Shown: positions 9,093 to 19,897, numbered from the stretch's first letter. The stretch: 64,000 nucleotides of DNA from Promethearchaeota archaeon (GCA_019058445.1 JAHPZA010000006.1:448001-512000), one strand, 5' to 3'. Program-made: numbers and translations. Notes: generated by a model not told the origin, from the sequence alone.

Positions 9093-9130
9093 GTATGAAA
9101 AAATTAGAAGAAAGTATGAAAGTGCATTTT
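9093..9130 (-). promoter_or_regulatory. TCATAC direct-repeat element next to the cbiM TATA box
   Basis: Second copy of the 38-bp element at 1312-1349; followed within 3 nt by TTTATAAA on the minus strand. Confidence 0.6.
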
Positions 9131-9287
9131 TGAAAAAATAAATCTCGTATTTTCTGAAAGATAATTTAATTTTAAAGAAAATATGATTTGGTGATTAGGA
9201 TTATATTTTTTAAAATTACCATATTTTACTTAAAAATCTAACTTCTGAAAAATAATAGTTTTAAATACTTAAATTTCTATTATATTA

Positions 9288-10142
9288 TTGATTATGAGTG
9301 AAGAAAATTATGTTATGTATAAAGGGAAAAGTTATATCGTAATAAATTACAATCTTACCATCATTGAGGAAAGTTGCATAAAAAAGTATACACGATTAGA
9401 TTTGGATAACAAAGGAATTAAGAGTATTAGGGATATAAAGGGGCTTGATGGTCTCAGTAGCTTAGATATGTTATATCTATGAGGTAATGAGATAAAGGAG
9501 ATTGAAGGTCTTGATAATCTTCGAAATTTAAAGTGGTTAGATTTAACGAATAATCAAATCCGTGAAATTAAAGGTTTAGACAATCTTACTGAGCTAACTC
9601 ACTTGTATTTAGGGGGCAATCAAATTTCTGAAATTAAAGGTCTTGAAAAACTGGTAAATTTAAAACATCTAAGTCTCGAAGTTAATAAGATAGATGGAAT
9701 TCAAGGGCTTAATAAACTCAGAAAACTAATAACTTTATTTTTAGATGGCAATAAAATAACCGAGATTGAGGGATTAGAAAATCTAATGGAATTAAAGTTT
9801 TTAAGTCTAGAAAATAATAGGATCTCTGAAATTAAGGGGCTCGAGAGTATTACAAATTTGTTAGAGTTGAGACTAAATAATAATGAAATAACTAAATTTA
9901 AGGGCCTAAAAACACTAAAAAAATTAGGATGTCTAATTCTTAATAATAATAAAATTAATGAAATGGAGTTTCTGGATAATTTTGATAGACTTTTTGATTT
10001 AAGACTAGAAAATAATGAAATAACAGAAATAGAGGGATTAAATTTGCTAAAAAGCTTACAGGTTATAGTTATAGATGGCAATCCTATTCCTATGAGAACA
10101 TTAGGGGTTTTGAGAAATAATTATTCACTGAATCCTCTATAG
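9288..10142 (+). pseudogene. SDS22-like leucine-rich repeat protein interrupted by in-frame TGA (9480-9482)
   Basis: Frame continues through the stop: LYL*GNEIKEIEGLDNLRNLKWLDLTNNQIREIKGL, joining ORFs 9288..9482 and 9603..10142. Confidence 0.75.
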
Positions 10143-10177
10143 TTGATAATAAAATCTTAGATGATGTTAAATTATTG

Positions 10178-10480
10178 TTAAAATTTAAAATTCTCATAAG
10201 ATATTGTGATCTCGGTTCTAAAATCTATTCTAATTGCATCAGTATTTGGTACAAAATCTAATATTCTAAAATACATTATTCCACCTCGAGAATCGATTCT
10301 AAATACTTCTCCTTTTGTCAGTATTTTTCTTGAAGTTAAATTTATAATTAGACTTTTTAAGATTTCTTCTATATCTTCTTCAAATTTATTTGAGAGACCT
10401 CTATTTGATAATTTTATTAACAATATCTCTTCTAATGGCAAACCAAAAGTATTTAAGTTATCTAAATCAATTTTAAGCAA
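10178..10480 (-). CDS. Stand-alone CDC48 N-domain subdomain 2-like protein
   Basis: RKILTKGEVFRI...GGIMYFRILDFVPNTDAIRIDFRTEITI resembles the CDC48_2 pattern. Confidence 0.5.
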   Translation of the reverse strand: MLKIDLDNLNTFGLPLEEILLIKLSNRGLSNKFEEDIEEILKSLIINLTSRKILTKGEVFRIDSRGGIMYFRILDFVPNTDAIRIDFRTEITISYENFKF

Positions 10481-10631
10481 ATCTAAAAATTAATAGAATG
10501 TCCTAATTGTGCTTCTATGTGTCAAAAAAATATGGAAAAAATGCCCTATTTATAAAACTGGGTTAAGAACAATTACAAAATGAAATTTAGAGGATTAAAA
10601 TAACTGAAAGAGGAAAAGAAGTGAATATCCT

Positions 10632-11363
10632 ATGAAATTTTACGTCCATGAAGATGAAATCGAACCTGTAAAGATCACGGAAACTGATATAAATATTATG
10701 GCTTCTAAACATAAATGGAATGGATCTGGAACTAAAGGAGACCCGTATATAATAGGGTCAAGCAAAAGTCTTCCAAAATCACTAATGATTCAAAAATCTA
10801 ACCTGTATATTATTATAAAGGGTTGTAATTTGCATAAATTAATCTTAAAAAAAGCAGAAAATTATACGATTGAAGGTTGTGAGTTTAATAAACTTATTAT
10901 TACAAAATGTTCTAATCTTTCCATTGAGAATTCAAACATCAATCGCTATTTCTTTTTAACTAATAGTGCAAACAATATTATTCAGAATTGTACAATTGCT
11001 AATCTTAATTTGGCGCATAGTTTTGAGAATAACTTTAGAAATTGCACAATTTATGAGGGAGAGACAACGTCAAGCAGAGCCAATATTATTGAGGACAGTG
11101 AGCTTCCTAAGATTTTCCAAGACATGCTGGAGCACGGCGGATTAGAGAAAAAGTTATATCCATTTTCTATGCTTGTACTATGTGGAGTATTTTCGTTGGT
11201 TTTCTTTCAATACATGAGATATGTAGATGAGAATCCTACTTTAGCTCTTGGAGCGGGAATAGGCATGTTGGGATTAATATTTGCATTTATAATAGTGACA
11301 ATTGGATTTTGGGATGAGAAAAGAAAATTGAAAAACTATTCTCCTAATCAAATTAGAAATTAG
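10632..11363 (+). CDS. Beta-helix repeat protein with two C-terminal TM helices
   Basis: WNGSGTKGDPYII motif; Asn/Cys-rich IxNC repeats; hydrophobic C-terminal segments. Confidence 0.6.
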   Translation: MKFYVHEDEIEPVKITETDINIMASKHKWNGSGTKGDPYIIGSSKSLPKSLMIQKSNLYIIIKGCNLHKLILKKAENYTIEGCEFNKLIITKCSNLSIENSNINRYFFLTNSANNIIQNCTIANLNLAHSFENNFRNCTIYEGETTSSRANIIEDSELPKIFQDMLEHGGLEKKLYPFSMLVLCGVFSLVFFQYMRYVDENPTLALGAGIGMLGLIFAFIIVTIGFWDEKRKLKNYSPNQIRN

Positions 11364-11552
11364 AATGAAACAAAGGGATTGTCTAAATTATTATTATTGA
11401 AAAGGATATAACAGAAGTAAAATATATTTGAATTTTCATTTGATTTTCATTATATAATTTCAAATCAAAAAGAGTTAAATCTCATCTACCTAAATATCTT
11501 ATTATCTTTAAAATATTAAAGTGATGGAAAACCTTCAAATAGGGAGACAAAA

Positions 11553-12923
11553 TTGAAATTTGAACCAAAAATTGAATCCGTAAGCAAACATGAGGTTCCC
11601 AAATGGTTTCATGATGCAAAGTTTGGAATCTTTATCCATTGGGGCCTTTATTCCGTGCCTGCATATGCACCAATTGGGCTGCGATATCCGGATGACATTA
11701 CAAAAATTGGAATTGAAGAATATTTGAAAAGAAATCCTTATGCGGAGTGGTATTTAAATACTCTAAGAATCGCAGGGAATCCTACAGAAAAATATCATCA
11801 AGAACATTATGGTAAAGATTTTTCTTATGATGACTTTATTCCATTATTCAATGAGGCAATCAAAAAGTGGAAGCCTGATGGATGGGCTGATCTTTTTAAA
11901 AAAGCTGGAGCGAGATATGTTGTATTAGTGACTAAACATCATGATGGATTTGTTTTGTGGTCAAGTAAATACCTAAATCCAAAGAAGGGGAAATATCAGG
12001 CAAGTCGAGACATTGCTGGAGAGCTTACGAAAGCAGTAAAGGCTAATGGAATGAAAATGGGCTTTTATTATTCTGGAGGATTAGATTGGTCAGTAAATCC
12101 ATATCCCATTAGTGATGGGAAGAGTTTTATAACAAATGTAGTTTCAGACCCAGAATATATTAAGTACGCCAATAACCAATGGTATGAATTAATTGATAAA
12201 TATGAGCCGTTAATTTTATGGAATGATATTGCATATCCCCCAAATACAAATATTAATGAAATTTTTGCCTATTTTTATAACAAGTTTCCCGAAGGAGTAA
12301 TTAATGATAGGTGGAGGCAACCTCAAAAAGGAGGGACGAAATTTCACTATGATTTCACAACGCCAGAGTATAAGACCTTTAAGAAAGCCAAAAAGCAAAA
12401 ATGGGAACTTACGAGAGGGATCAGCAATTCATTCAGCTTTAATCAATTCGACAATGAAGAAACTTACTTAACCATAGAAGAGTTAGTGCATTTATTAATT
12501 GATGTAGTGAGTAAAAACGGAAATTTGCTGCTGAATGTTGGTCCTATGGCAGATGGAACAATACCTGAAGCACAAAAAAAATGTTTATTAGGTCTTGGAA
12601 AATGGTTAGGCGTAAATGGAGAAGCAATTTTCGGAACGCGACCCTGGGAACGTGCTGAAACTAAAACAAGTGATAATCTTGAAGTCAGATTCACTGAGAA
12701 ACAAGATGTTCTCTATCTCTTCTTATTAGGCAAGCCTCAAGAGAATCATATTACGATTAAAAATCTCAAAATCAATCCTAATTCAACTATAGAATTGCTC
12801 GGGAATAAAAATGAGATAACTTGGTCCCAAGAAAACGATGACTTAACGATTTTAATTCCAGAAGACGTAGAAGATGCTGTTGCATTAACATTCGCAAATA
12901 CACCCAAACCTAATTTATCTTAA
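11553..12923 (+). CDS. Alpha-L-fucosidase (GH29)
   Basis: WFHDAKFGIFIHWG, TKHHDGF, LWND nucleophile, VSKNGNLLLNVGP. Confidence 0.95.
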   Translation: MKFEPKIESVSKHEVPKWFHDAKFGIFIHWGLYSVPAYAPIGLRYPDDITKIGIEEYLKRNPYAEWYLNTLRIAGNPTEKYHQEHYGKDFSYDDFIPLFNEAIKKWKPDGWADLFKKAGARYVVLVTKHHDGFVLWSSKYLNPKKGKYQASRDIAGELTKAVKANGMKMGFYYSGGLDWSVNPYPISDGKSFITNVVSDPEYIKYANNQWYELIDKYEPLILWNDIAYPPNTNINEIFAYFYNKFPEGVINDRWRQPQKGGTKFHYDFTTPEYKTFKKAKKQKWELTRGISNSFSFNQFDNEETYLTIEELVHLLIDVVSKNGNLLLNVGPMADGTIPEAQKKCLLGLGKWLGVNGEAIFGTRPWERAETKTSDNLEVRFTEKQDVLYLFLLGKPQENHITIKNLKINPNSTIELLGNKNEITWSQENDDLTILIPEDVEDAVALTFANTPKPNLS

Positions 12924-13181
12924 TTTATGCGATGTTCAGTTAAAATCTGGATTTTGCATAATCTATACTTATATTGCTTAACCTTTTAAATTCTTTTTTG
13001 CAATATTGTTTGTTATTTTAAAACTATTCTGATAACTTTTTTTTCACGTAATTCATTACGATTTCTTTAAAGGAGTCGATATTATCTTTTCTCTTTTCGG
13101 TGAATACCTTCTTTTAGTCCCCCACTCTCAGAAACTCACATCCTCAATTCTGATCGTATTAGTGAATTTGAAACATTATTT

Positions 13182-13988
13182 TTAATTTTGTGCTTCAAAC
13201 ATCCCAGAAATACCAGTTATCTTAATTGGGCCATGGCTTTCTATTTTTTCTTTTAGAGAAATTCTAAGTTCGTTTATTTTTGATTGTAATAAAGAACTTT
13301 TGGAGTAATTTGAATATGATAAAAGATATTGAATTATTGGTTCTGCATTTGGAATTATTAGATTATTTCTAAAAGTATAAAGTTTAACCTTTTTGAAATG
13401 CTTAGAGAGAATTTTTGCACCGTTTTCAATTTCAAATCTACCTCTAAATGCCATGAAACCCTCTGTAAATTTATCAAAATCACCAAATAAATCTTTAAAT
13501 TCAATAAGATGATTTTTACTTAATGTGGAAGCATAAAATCGAGCATGTGGTTTCAATACTCTTAGAATCTCTTGTAAAACTTTATCAATATCAATACAGT
13601 GGTATAACATATGATTAGCAATAATTATGTCGAATTTATTTTCTGGATATGGGATTGAGTGAGCGTCAATTTTCTTAAAATCAATAAACATATTGACACA
13701 AGATAAAGATAACTTAGCTTCTTTAACCATCGCTTCTGAATTATCAGACAGTATTATTTGAGAATCAAGTGGTATCCTTTCTAAATTTTGTTTCCATAAT
13801 TCTCCAGGACCAGAACCTAATTCAAGAATAAGAGATTTATTAAAAAAGTGTATCTTATCAAAAATCCAATTTGCCCAGGAGGTTTTACTTGTACCAAACT
13901 CGTAAATTTGATATCGTGCTTTCAATTTTTCGGGAGTTTTATATTGAGTTTCAGTATATTCTTTAATAAATTCCTTATTATCCCTCAT
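13182..13988 (-). CDS. Class I SAM-dependent methyltransferase
   Basis: ILELGSGPG, FDIIIANHMLYH, RVLKP. Confidence 0.9.
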   Translation of the reverse strand: MRDNKEFIKEYTETQYKTPEKLKARYQIYEFGTSKTSWANWIFDKIHFFNKSLILELGSGPGELWKQNLERIPLDSQIILSDNSEAMVKEAKLSLSCVNMFIDFKKIDAHSIPYPENKFDIIIANHMLYHCIDIDKVLQEILRVLKPHARFYASTLSKNHLIEFKDLFGDFDKFTEGFMAFRGRFEIENGAKILSKHFKKVKLYTFRNNLIIPNAEPIIQYLLSYSNYSKSSLLQSKINELRISLKEKIESHGPIKITGISGMFEAQN

Positions 13989-14024
13989 AACTATGAATGT
14001 TTTTTTTAATTTAGGAAGATAAAA

Positions 14025-14465
14025 TTAAACTAAACCCTTTAAAGATTTCTTTATGATAAGATTAATTAATTTCTTGCTCAAATAACCATCTGCAATTGCG
14101 TTTGCGAAATCTAAACGATCAAAATATAAACGAAGCGATTTGACTTTATAATTTTCGTAAACTAAGACTTCCGCCCATTTTGATTTAACAATAGAACCAT
14201 CATGTAATTGAGCATTGACGATAAATTCTTCAAAAAAGATATCATTATCAACCATAATTACAACAGGCTTAAGGGTAAAACTTTTAACATAACTAAAGGT
14301 ATAATTCCACCATTTTTCGACTCCACTAATACCTTTTAAAGTCACTCCGATTAATTCAATCTCACAATCATCTGTAAAACAAGATTTAAAAAATTCTAAA
14401 TCTTTAGCTTCTAAGGCATTATCTAAATCCATCGCAACTTTTTTAATTTTTTCTGGATCTTGCAT
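14025..14465 (-). CDS. NTF2/SnoaL-like protein
   Basis: CFTDDC...LKGISGVEKWW...YENYKVKSLRLYFD. Confidence 0.8.
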   Translation of the reverse strand: MQDPEKIKKVAMDLDNALEAKDLEFFKSCFTDDCEIELIGVTLKGISGVEKWWNYTFSYVKSFTLKPVVIMVDNDIFFEEFIVNAQLHDGSIVKSKWAEVLVYENYKVKSLRLYFDRLDFANAIADGYLSKKLINLIIKKSLKGLV

Positions 14466-14641
14466 AATTCATATTTAGGCTGTTTTATTTTTTAAATTCT
14501 TTTATTAAAACATTCTATCTTCTTGAGCATGGAAAAATTCAACAGTGATTATTGCTAAGAAAAATTAAATAGAATCAAACTAAAATAATATTTATCCTAA
14601 AATATGAATTTCAATAAGAAATTTGTTTAAGTGATAAACTA

Positions 14642-16252
14642 ATGAGTAATGATATGAAAATAATTAAAGAACTGTCGAAATTAACTGGAAGAGATTTCAA
14701 AGATTTTGATTCGAAGTTTCTGGATAACAATCGAGATACTACTGATTATCGTTATGCTGTTCAAGGAGAAAATGTTATCTACATAGGTATGGATTTAATG
14801 AAATTAAATTTAACTGAAAAAGTATTAAAGGAAATTGAAATCTCTTTGAGCAAATTAAAAAATCTTAAGGGTTTAAGTATAGTTTATAACAAGAATAACG
14901 AAATTCCAGAATTTCTAAAGAATTTTAAGAATTTAGAATCTTTAAATCTGCAAAATAATAATTTAAAATCTTTACCAGAATGGTTGAAAGAGTTCAAGAA
15001 TTTAAGCTATTTAAATCTGAATTTTAACAATTTAGAGGTATTACCTGAATGGCTCGGAACTTTGGATAAATTAGAGATCCTTCAATTAACTAAAAACTGG
15101 CTTGAATGGAACAATCTTAACCTTAATATCTTAAAGAAAATATGTGAAAGAAATGGTAAAATAACGGCTCCAAGGTTACTAAGTTTCCAAGCACGTTATA
15201 ACCTACCAAACGAACAGATAGAAATTATCCGCGCACTTGAAAAAGATAATACTGAAAATGAAAAAGCAGGAAAACATGTCAATCCTATTAGCATGAAAAT
15301 TGAAGAAGGAAAAGTAGTCGAATGGAAATTATTTGAATATAACATTGACTCTTTACCTGAAAATTTCGGAATATTTACCAATTTAAGGACCTTGAATATT
15401 TCTCGCACTAATATACAAAACTTACCAGAATCTTTTGGAGAATTAAAAAAACTCGGGTATCTTAACTTGTCAGATAATAAACTAAAAGTTTTACCTGAAT
15501 CTTTTGTTAATTTGATCTCCATAAAGTATTTAGACCTAAGTAATAACCAGCTTACTGAAATACCTACACAATTATGGGCTCTTAAAGAACTCACGGATTT
15601 AAATTTAGATAACAATCCACTTAATCCAGAAGATATGACCGTTTCACAAAAGGTCCCAGATTTAATCCGAGAGCACTTAAGAAAGAAAGCAACTATAAAA
15701 GTTTTTATATCTCACGCTGTAGTAGATTTTGAGACTTATCATATTGGAGATCTTGTAAAATATTTAGAAAAACAAAAAGAAATTTCTGAAGTTTATTTTT
15801 GTGAAGAGGATCTTGCGGGAAATATTGACCAATGGATGTTGGATACTGTGCAGAAGTGCCAATTGATTCTTTTTATTGGAACCAATAAATCCGTGTTTAA
15901 TTCCGCAGATTGCGCAAATGAATTGCAACTGGCAGATAAATTCTCGATTCCAGTAATTCCGATAAAGGGTTATGATGTAAGTTGGCAGGATCTAGCGGAA
16001 AAAAATCTTTCACGTGAATTAGGCATAGAATTTGATAAAGATAACTTTGATGCATTTTGCGAAGATATATACAAATATATCGAGAATTTTAAACGCGAAA
16101 TCAATTTAATGGAAAAGGAAGGGCGACGCCTTGGAATAATCGACATTTATGAACGATTTCGCCTAATGTTAGACGAAAAATTGAGTGAAATATCCAGAAA
16201 AGTCGATATTTTAACTGAAAAAATTACTAATCTCGAAAAAAAAATTCAATAG
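14642..16252 (+). CDS. LRR + TIR-domain protein with C-terminal coiled coil
   Basis: Two LRR blocks (LxLxxNxLxxLP), then KVFISHA...CQLILFIGTNKS...CANEL...IPVIPI TIR motifs. Confidence 0.8.
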   Translation: MSNDMKIIKELSKLTGRDFKDFDSKFLDNNRDTTDYRYAVQGENVIYIGMDLMKLNLTEKVLKEIEISLSKLKNLKGLSIVYNKNNEIPEFLKNFKNLESLNLQNNNLKSLPEWLKEFKNLSYLNLNFNNLEVLPEWLGTLDKLEILQLTKNWLEWNNLNLNILKKICERNGKITAPRLLSFQARYNLPNEQIEIIRALEKDNTENEKAGKHVNPISMKIEEGKVVEWKLFEYNIDSLPENFGIFTNLRTLNISRTNIQNLPESFGELKKLGYLNLSDNKLKVLPESFVNLISIKYLDLSNNQLTEIPTQLWALKELTDLNLDNNPLNPEDMTVSQKVPDLIREHLRKKATIKVFISHAVVDFETYHIGDLVKYLEKQKEISEVYFCEEDLAGNIDQWMLDTVQKCQLILFIGTNKSVFNSADCANELQLADKFSIPVIPIKGYDVSWQDLAEKNLSRELGIEFDKDNFDAFCEDIYKYIENFKREINLMEKEGRRLGIIDIYERFRLMLDEKLSEISRKVDILTEKITNLEKKIQ

Positions 16253-16326
16253 GAGATCTAATTTTATTAAAAAGAGAATTAACTTTTATTTTTATTCTAT
16301 TTATATTTAAATAAATGTTTTATTTA

Positions 16327-17082
16327 TCATTCTGAAAGCTTTCTTTTTACATAATTAACTACAATACTTTTAAAATTATCAATGTAATTTTTGCCCTTTT
16401 CGGCGGATGCTTTCCTTTGATCCCCCACCACACCACTCTCACTAACTGCATTAAAGCCTTCTGCTCGAGATTTTTTTTGTACTCTCGGTGTCATAACTTT
16501 TGTATAGCCTTCCACAAACCGATCTTTTTTGACTAAATCCGGTGCATAATGAAGCATTATTGAAGCTTCCATATCGCCCGCATGTGAGCCAATTTCTCCT
16601 AATGTTAACCTGTATTTTTGGCCCATCTCTCTAATAGCAGGTAATATCTCTTGAGTATAATAATAAAAAATTTTTTTATCAGGATATTTTTCACACATTT
16701 TTGGGAGGATATCTTTTACGGGTTCTTCATTCCCACCATGCGAAATGAAAACAATAATGTTTTCAAACCCATGCCTTGCAAGGCTATCAATATAATCTTC
16801 AATAATTGCAGAAAGGGTTGATTTTCGTAATGAAATTGTTCCCGGGAAATTAAGATGATATTCTGAATAGCCAACAGAAATGGTTGGTGCCTGCAATGCA
16901 TTCCCTAATTCCAAGGCGAGTATATTCGCAAATTGGTCTGCTTGTAGGGCATCAGTTTTTTCAGGGAGGGAGGGACCATGTTGTTCAGTTGATCCGACTC
17001 CAAAAATAACAGTTTTGTATCCGTTTTCTATTTTTTCTTTTACATCCACCCAAGTTAACTCATCAATCCGAATTGAATCCAT
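16327..17082 (-). CDS. Creatininase family amidohydrolase
   Basis: GSTEQHG...TD, SHGGN, HAGDME. Confidence 0.9.
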   Translation of the reverse strand: MDSIRIDELTWVDVKEKIENGYKTVIFGVGSTEQHGPSLPEKTDALQADQFANILALELGNALQAPTISVGYSEYHLNFPGTISLRKSTLSAIIEDYIDSLARHGFENIIVFISHGGNEEPVKDILPKMCEKYPDKKIFYYYTQEILPAIREMGQKYRLTLGEIGSHAGDMEASIMLHYAPDLVKKDRFVEGYTKVMTPRVQKKSRAEGFNAVSESGVVGDQRKASAEKGKNYIDNFKSIVVNYVKRKLSE

Positions 17083-17199
17083 ATAGTTTTACCTTTTTTA
17101 TCTAATAATTTTGCAAGTTATTCAATACTTAAAGCCTTTTCAACCAAATAATTCTTTCAAATTCACAAATTTTTTTTGCTTTCCTAAAATTTCGTATAT

Positions 17200-18393
17200 A
17201 TGGAATTTGACCCAAAACAATTTGATAAAATTGTTGATAGGACTCAGACGTGGTCGGTGAAATGGGACCCCGATTACATGATTGAACGTTATAACCGTAC
17301 AGATCTCCTTCCTTTTAATCATGCTGAAATGGATTTTGAGTGTCCACCACCAGTCATAGAAGCGATAAAAGAAAGGGCAAATCATGGGATTTATGGATAT
17401 ACCCTCGTTAAATCAGAATATTATGATGAAATTATTAAATGGTTTAGGAGTAGGCATAATATTAAGTATTCCCGGGAGGATATAATATACAGCACGGGAG
17501 TTATTACTGCTTATAGGCAGGTCGTTGATTTTTTTACCAAGCCTAATGACAATATATTGTTGCTTACCCCAATATATAAACCTTTATCCTTAGCGGTCAA
17601 AGAATATCAGAGAAATTTGATAACTGTGCCTTTAACATTAGAAAATAACAAATATATAATCGATTTTGATTTACTTGAAAAAGCATTTGAAACTCAGCCA
17701 ATTAAATTGTTTTCAATATGTAATCCTCATAATCCGGTTGGGAGGGTGTGGACGGAAAAGGAATTAAAGCAAATCGGAGATCTTTGTCTTTCACATAATA
17801 CTTTAGTAGTCTCAGATGCGATTCATTGCGATCTCACAGCCAAGAACTATAAATATATTCCTTATGCTTCTATTTCTAATGAGCATGCAATGAATTCAAT
17901 AATCATCACATCAATGACGAAAACATTCAATTTATCTGGATTAAAAGTCGCTAATATCCATATCCAAAATCCAGAATTGCGAAAAGTATTTTTCAACATA
18001 TTAGATAAAAAATTCGCATACGCGCCAAGTGTTTTTGGTATAATTGCTTTAATAATAGCATATTCAAAATGCGGTCCTTGGGCAGATTTACTTACTGATT
18101 ATTTAGATGAGAATTACCAGTTTATGAAGGATTTTATTGAAAATCATAATTTAGATATCGATTTAATTCATCGGGAGGGTACACCAACTGCCTGGTTTGA
18201 TTTTCGCAGAGTACCTCTACCTTATGAAAAGGTTCATTTATTTTTAGTTCAAAAGGCCCGGTTGATAACTGTTGATGGCAGTTATTACACTGCTAATGGA
18301 GAAGGATTTCAGAGGTTGAGCATAGGATTTCCACGGAGCAGAATTCAATTAGCAATGGAGCGTATAAAGACCGCTCTTTTAGGATTATCATAA
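17200..18393 (+). CDS. PLP-dependent C-S lyase, MalY/PatB family
   Basis: SVKWD, AEMDF, CNPHNPVGRVW, SDAIHCD, KTFNLSG. Confidence 0.9.
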   Translation: MEFDPKQFDKIVDRTQTWSVKWDPDYMIERYNRTDLLPFNHAEMDFECPPPVIEAIKERANHGIYGYTLVKSEYYDEIIKWFRSRHNIKYSREDIIYSTGVITAYRQVVDFFTKPNDNILLLTPIYKPLSLAVKEYQRNLITVPLTLENNKYIIDFDLLEKAFETQPIKLFSICNPHNPVGRVWTEKELKQIGDLCLSHNTLVVSDAIHCDLTAKNYKYIPYASISNEHAMNSIIITSMTKTFNLSGLKVANIHIQNPELRKVFFNILDKKFAYAPSVFGIIALIIAYSKCGPWADLLTDYLDENYQFMKDFIENHNLDIDLIHREGTPTAWFDFRRVPLPYEKVHLFLVQKARLITVDGSYYTANGEGFQRLSIGFPRSRIQLAMERIKTALLGLS

Positions 18394-18505
18394 ATACAAT
18401 CCTATTATTTTTTTATTATAAAGTTGAAACTGAAGTTCTCTGATAATATAAAAATCTAAGTGAATTGGAAATAGCTTTATATAATTTTTAGATTAACTTA
18501 TTAGC

Positions 18506-19321
18506 ATGGGATTCAAAAATAAATTAAATGATTTTCATCAGTTAATAACTAATCCAAAAGTCGTTAAGCTTTCATGGATAGCAGCAACAATGACGTGGTT
18601 ATCTAGTGTAATAATAGCACTTTTGATAGCTCAATTAGATCCTGCTGGGCCCTCTTATGATCCTGCTGGATTTAATCCAGCTATTAATTATATAAGTGAT
18701 CTGGGAAACCAAGACTTAACTCCAATGCCAATTATCATTAATTGGGGAATGATGAATACAGCTTTATTAATGATTCCTCCGACGTTGTACATAAAGAAAA
18801 TCCTTATAGGAGATGATTCAAAATTATCGCGAAAACTACTAGCAAATTTAACAGTTGGTTGTATGTTAATAGGAATGGGAGGATTATTTTTTACAGGTGT
18901 AATTTCTGAAGATGTTGGAGAAGTTTGGGATAATCTCTTTCCAATTGGTGATTGGTATTGGTATCCATCATGGCATGACCTTGTCGCGGATTTTGCGTTT
19001 ACTTTTTTCTTGATCAGTGGAATTCTTGTGGCTTCACAATTTATAATTTTTCCAGATATCCTTGAGGAAAAGATTGGAATAGAACATTCAACAAGAGTGC
19101 GAATTTTATTTGTAATTAATACTTGGATTTTAATTCCAATATTCTATTATATGTTTTATACAGTGCCTTATCTGTGGTATACGGATCATTTTTGGACTTT
19201 TTTGCCATGGTGGCAATGGGCACCCGTATGGGAATGGTTATTGATGGCTTCCCAAACGGTTTATTTAACTTCAGTAACGCTACTGGCGGTAAAAAAAATA
19301 AATCGAGAGTTAGAAAAATAA
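18506..19321 (+). CDS. Membrane protein (DUF998/Frag1-like)
   Basis: NYISDLG motif; about 6 TM helices. Confidence 0.6.
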   Translation: MGFKNKLNDFHQLITNPKVVKLSWIAATMTWLSSVIIALLIAQLDPAGPSYDPAGFNPAINYISDLGNQDLTPMPIIINWGMMNTALLMIPPTLYIKKILIGDDSKLSRKLLANLTVGCMLIGMGGLFFTGVISEDVGEVWDNLFPIGDWYWYPSWHDLVADFAFTFFLISGILVASQFIIFPDILEEKIGIEHSTRVRILFVINTWILIPIFYYMFYTVPYLWYTDHFWTFLPWWQWAPVWEWLLMASQTVYLTSVTLLAVKKINRELEK

Positions 19322-19512
19322 ACTCATTGAAAATCTCAAAAATTAAATTTCTCTTTTTTTTCTTGTAGTACTTATAATTTTTTATTATTTTGAAGATGAA
19401 AATTAAATTTTTTAACAATTCATATCAAAAATTTTAAAATACTCATAAATGTATATAAGGCGAAAAAGCAATTTAATAATAGAATGAACATTCAATTAGG
19501 AGATGATTAAAT

Positions 19513-19797
19513 TTGGCTGAAAAACCTAAGATCGGATATAAAGTTATTGGAACCATAAAGAGTGTGAAAGGATTTTGCAATGCTGGACATAAAGAGGGAG
19601 ATCAAATGGAACTTAGCGGATATGAGACAGGTGGATTATGCGGTTTTTTTTATCATGATATTTTTCCATATATTATCATGCTCCAGTTTGGAGGATCATT
19701 TCCAGAAAAATGGGTTTCAGATCCCGATGTGGTAGAGCTAGAATGTATGGATAGGTTTAATGCGGTTAAAATAGCATTGCGAAGAATTAAAGAGTGA
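19513..19797 (+). CDS. Small Cys-containing protein (TIGR04076-like)
   Basis: KGFCNAGHKEGD...GLC...ECMD pattern. Confidence 0.7.
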   Translation: MAEKPKIGYKVIGTIKSVKGFCNAGHKEGDQMELSGYETGGLCGFFYHDIFPYIIMLQFGGSFPEKWVSDPDVVELECMDRFNAVKIALRRIKE

Positions 19798-19897
19798 GTT
19801 TAACAGAAAAAAAGTGATTTTAATAAATTTCAAATTCCTTTTTTCTTTATCTGCTTTGAAGATTTAATTAAATAAAAAAGAATCCCACGAGTTAAAA

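Noticed and set aside
9480-9482. Selenocysteine in the LRR protein
   Set aside because: Not a redox or Cys-conserved position, and no SECIS recognised
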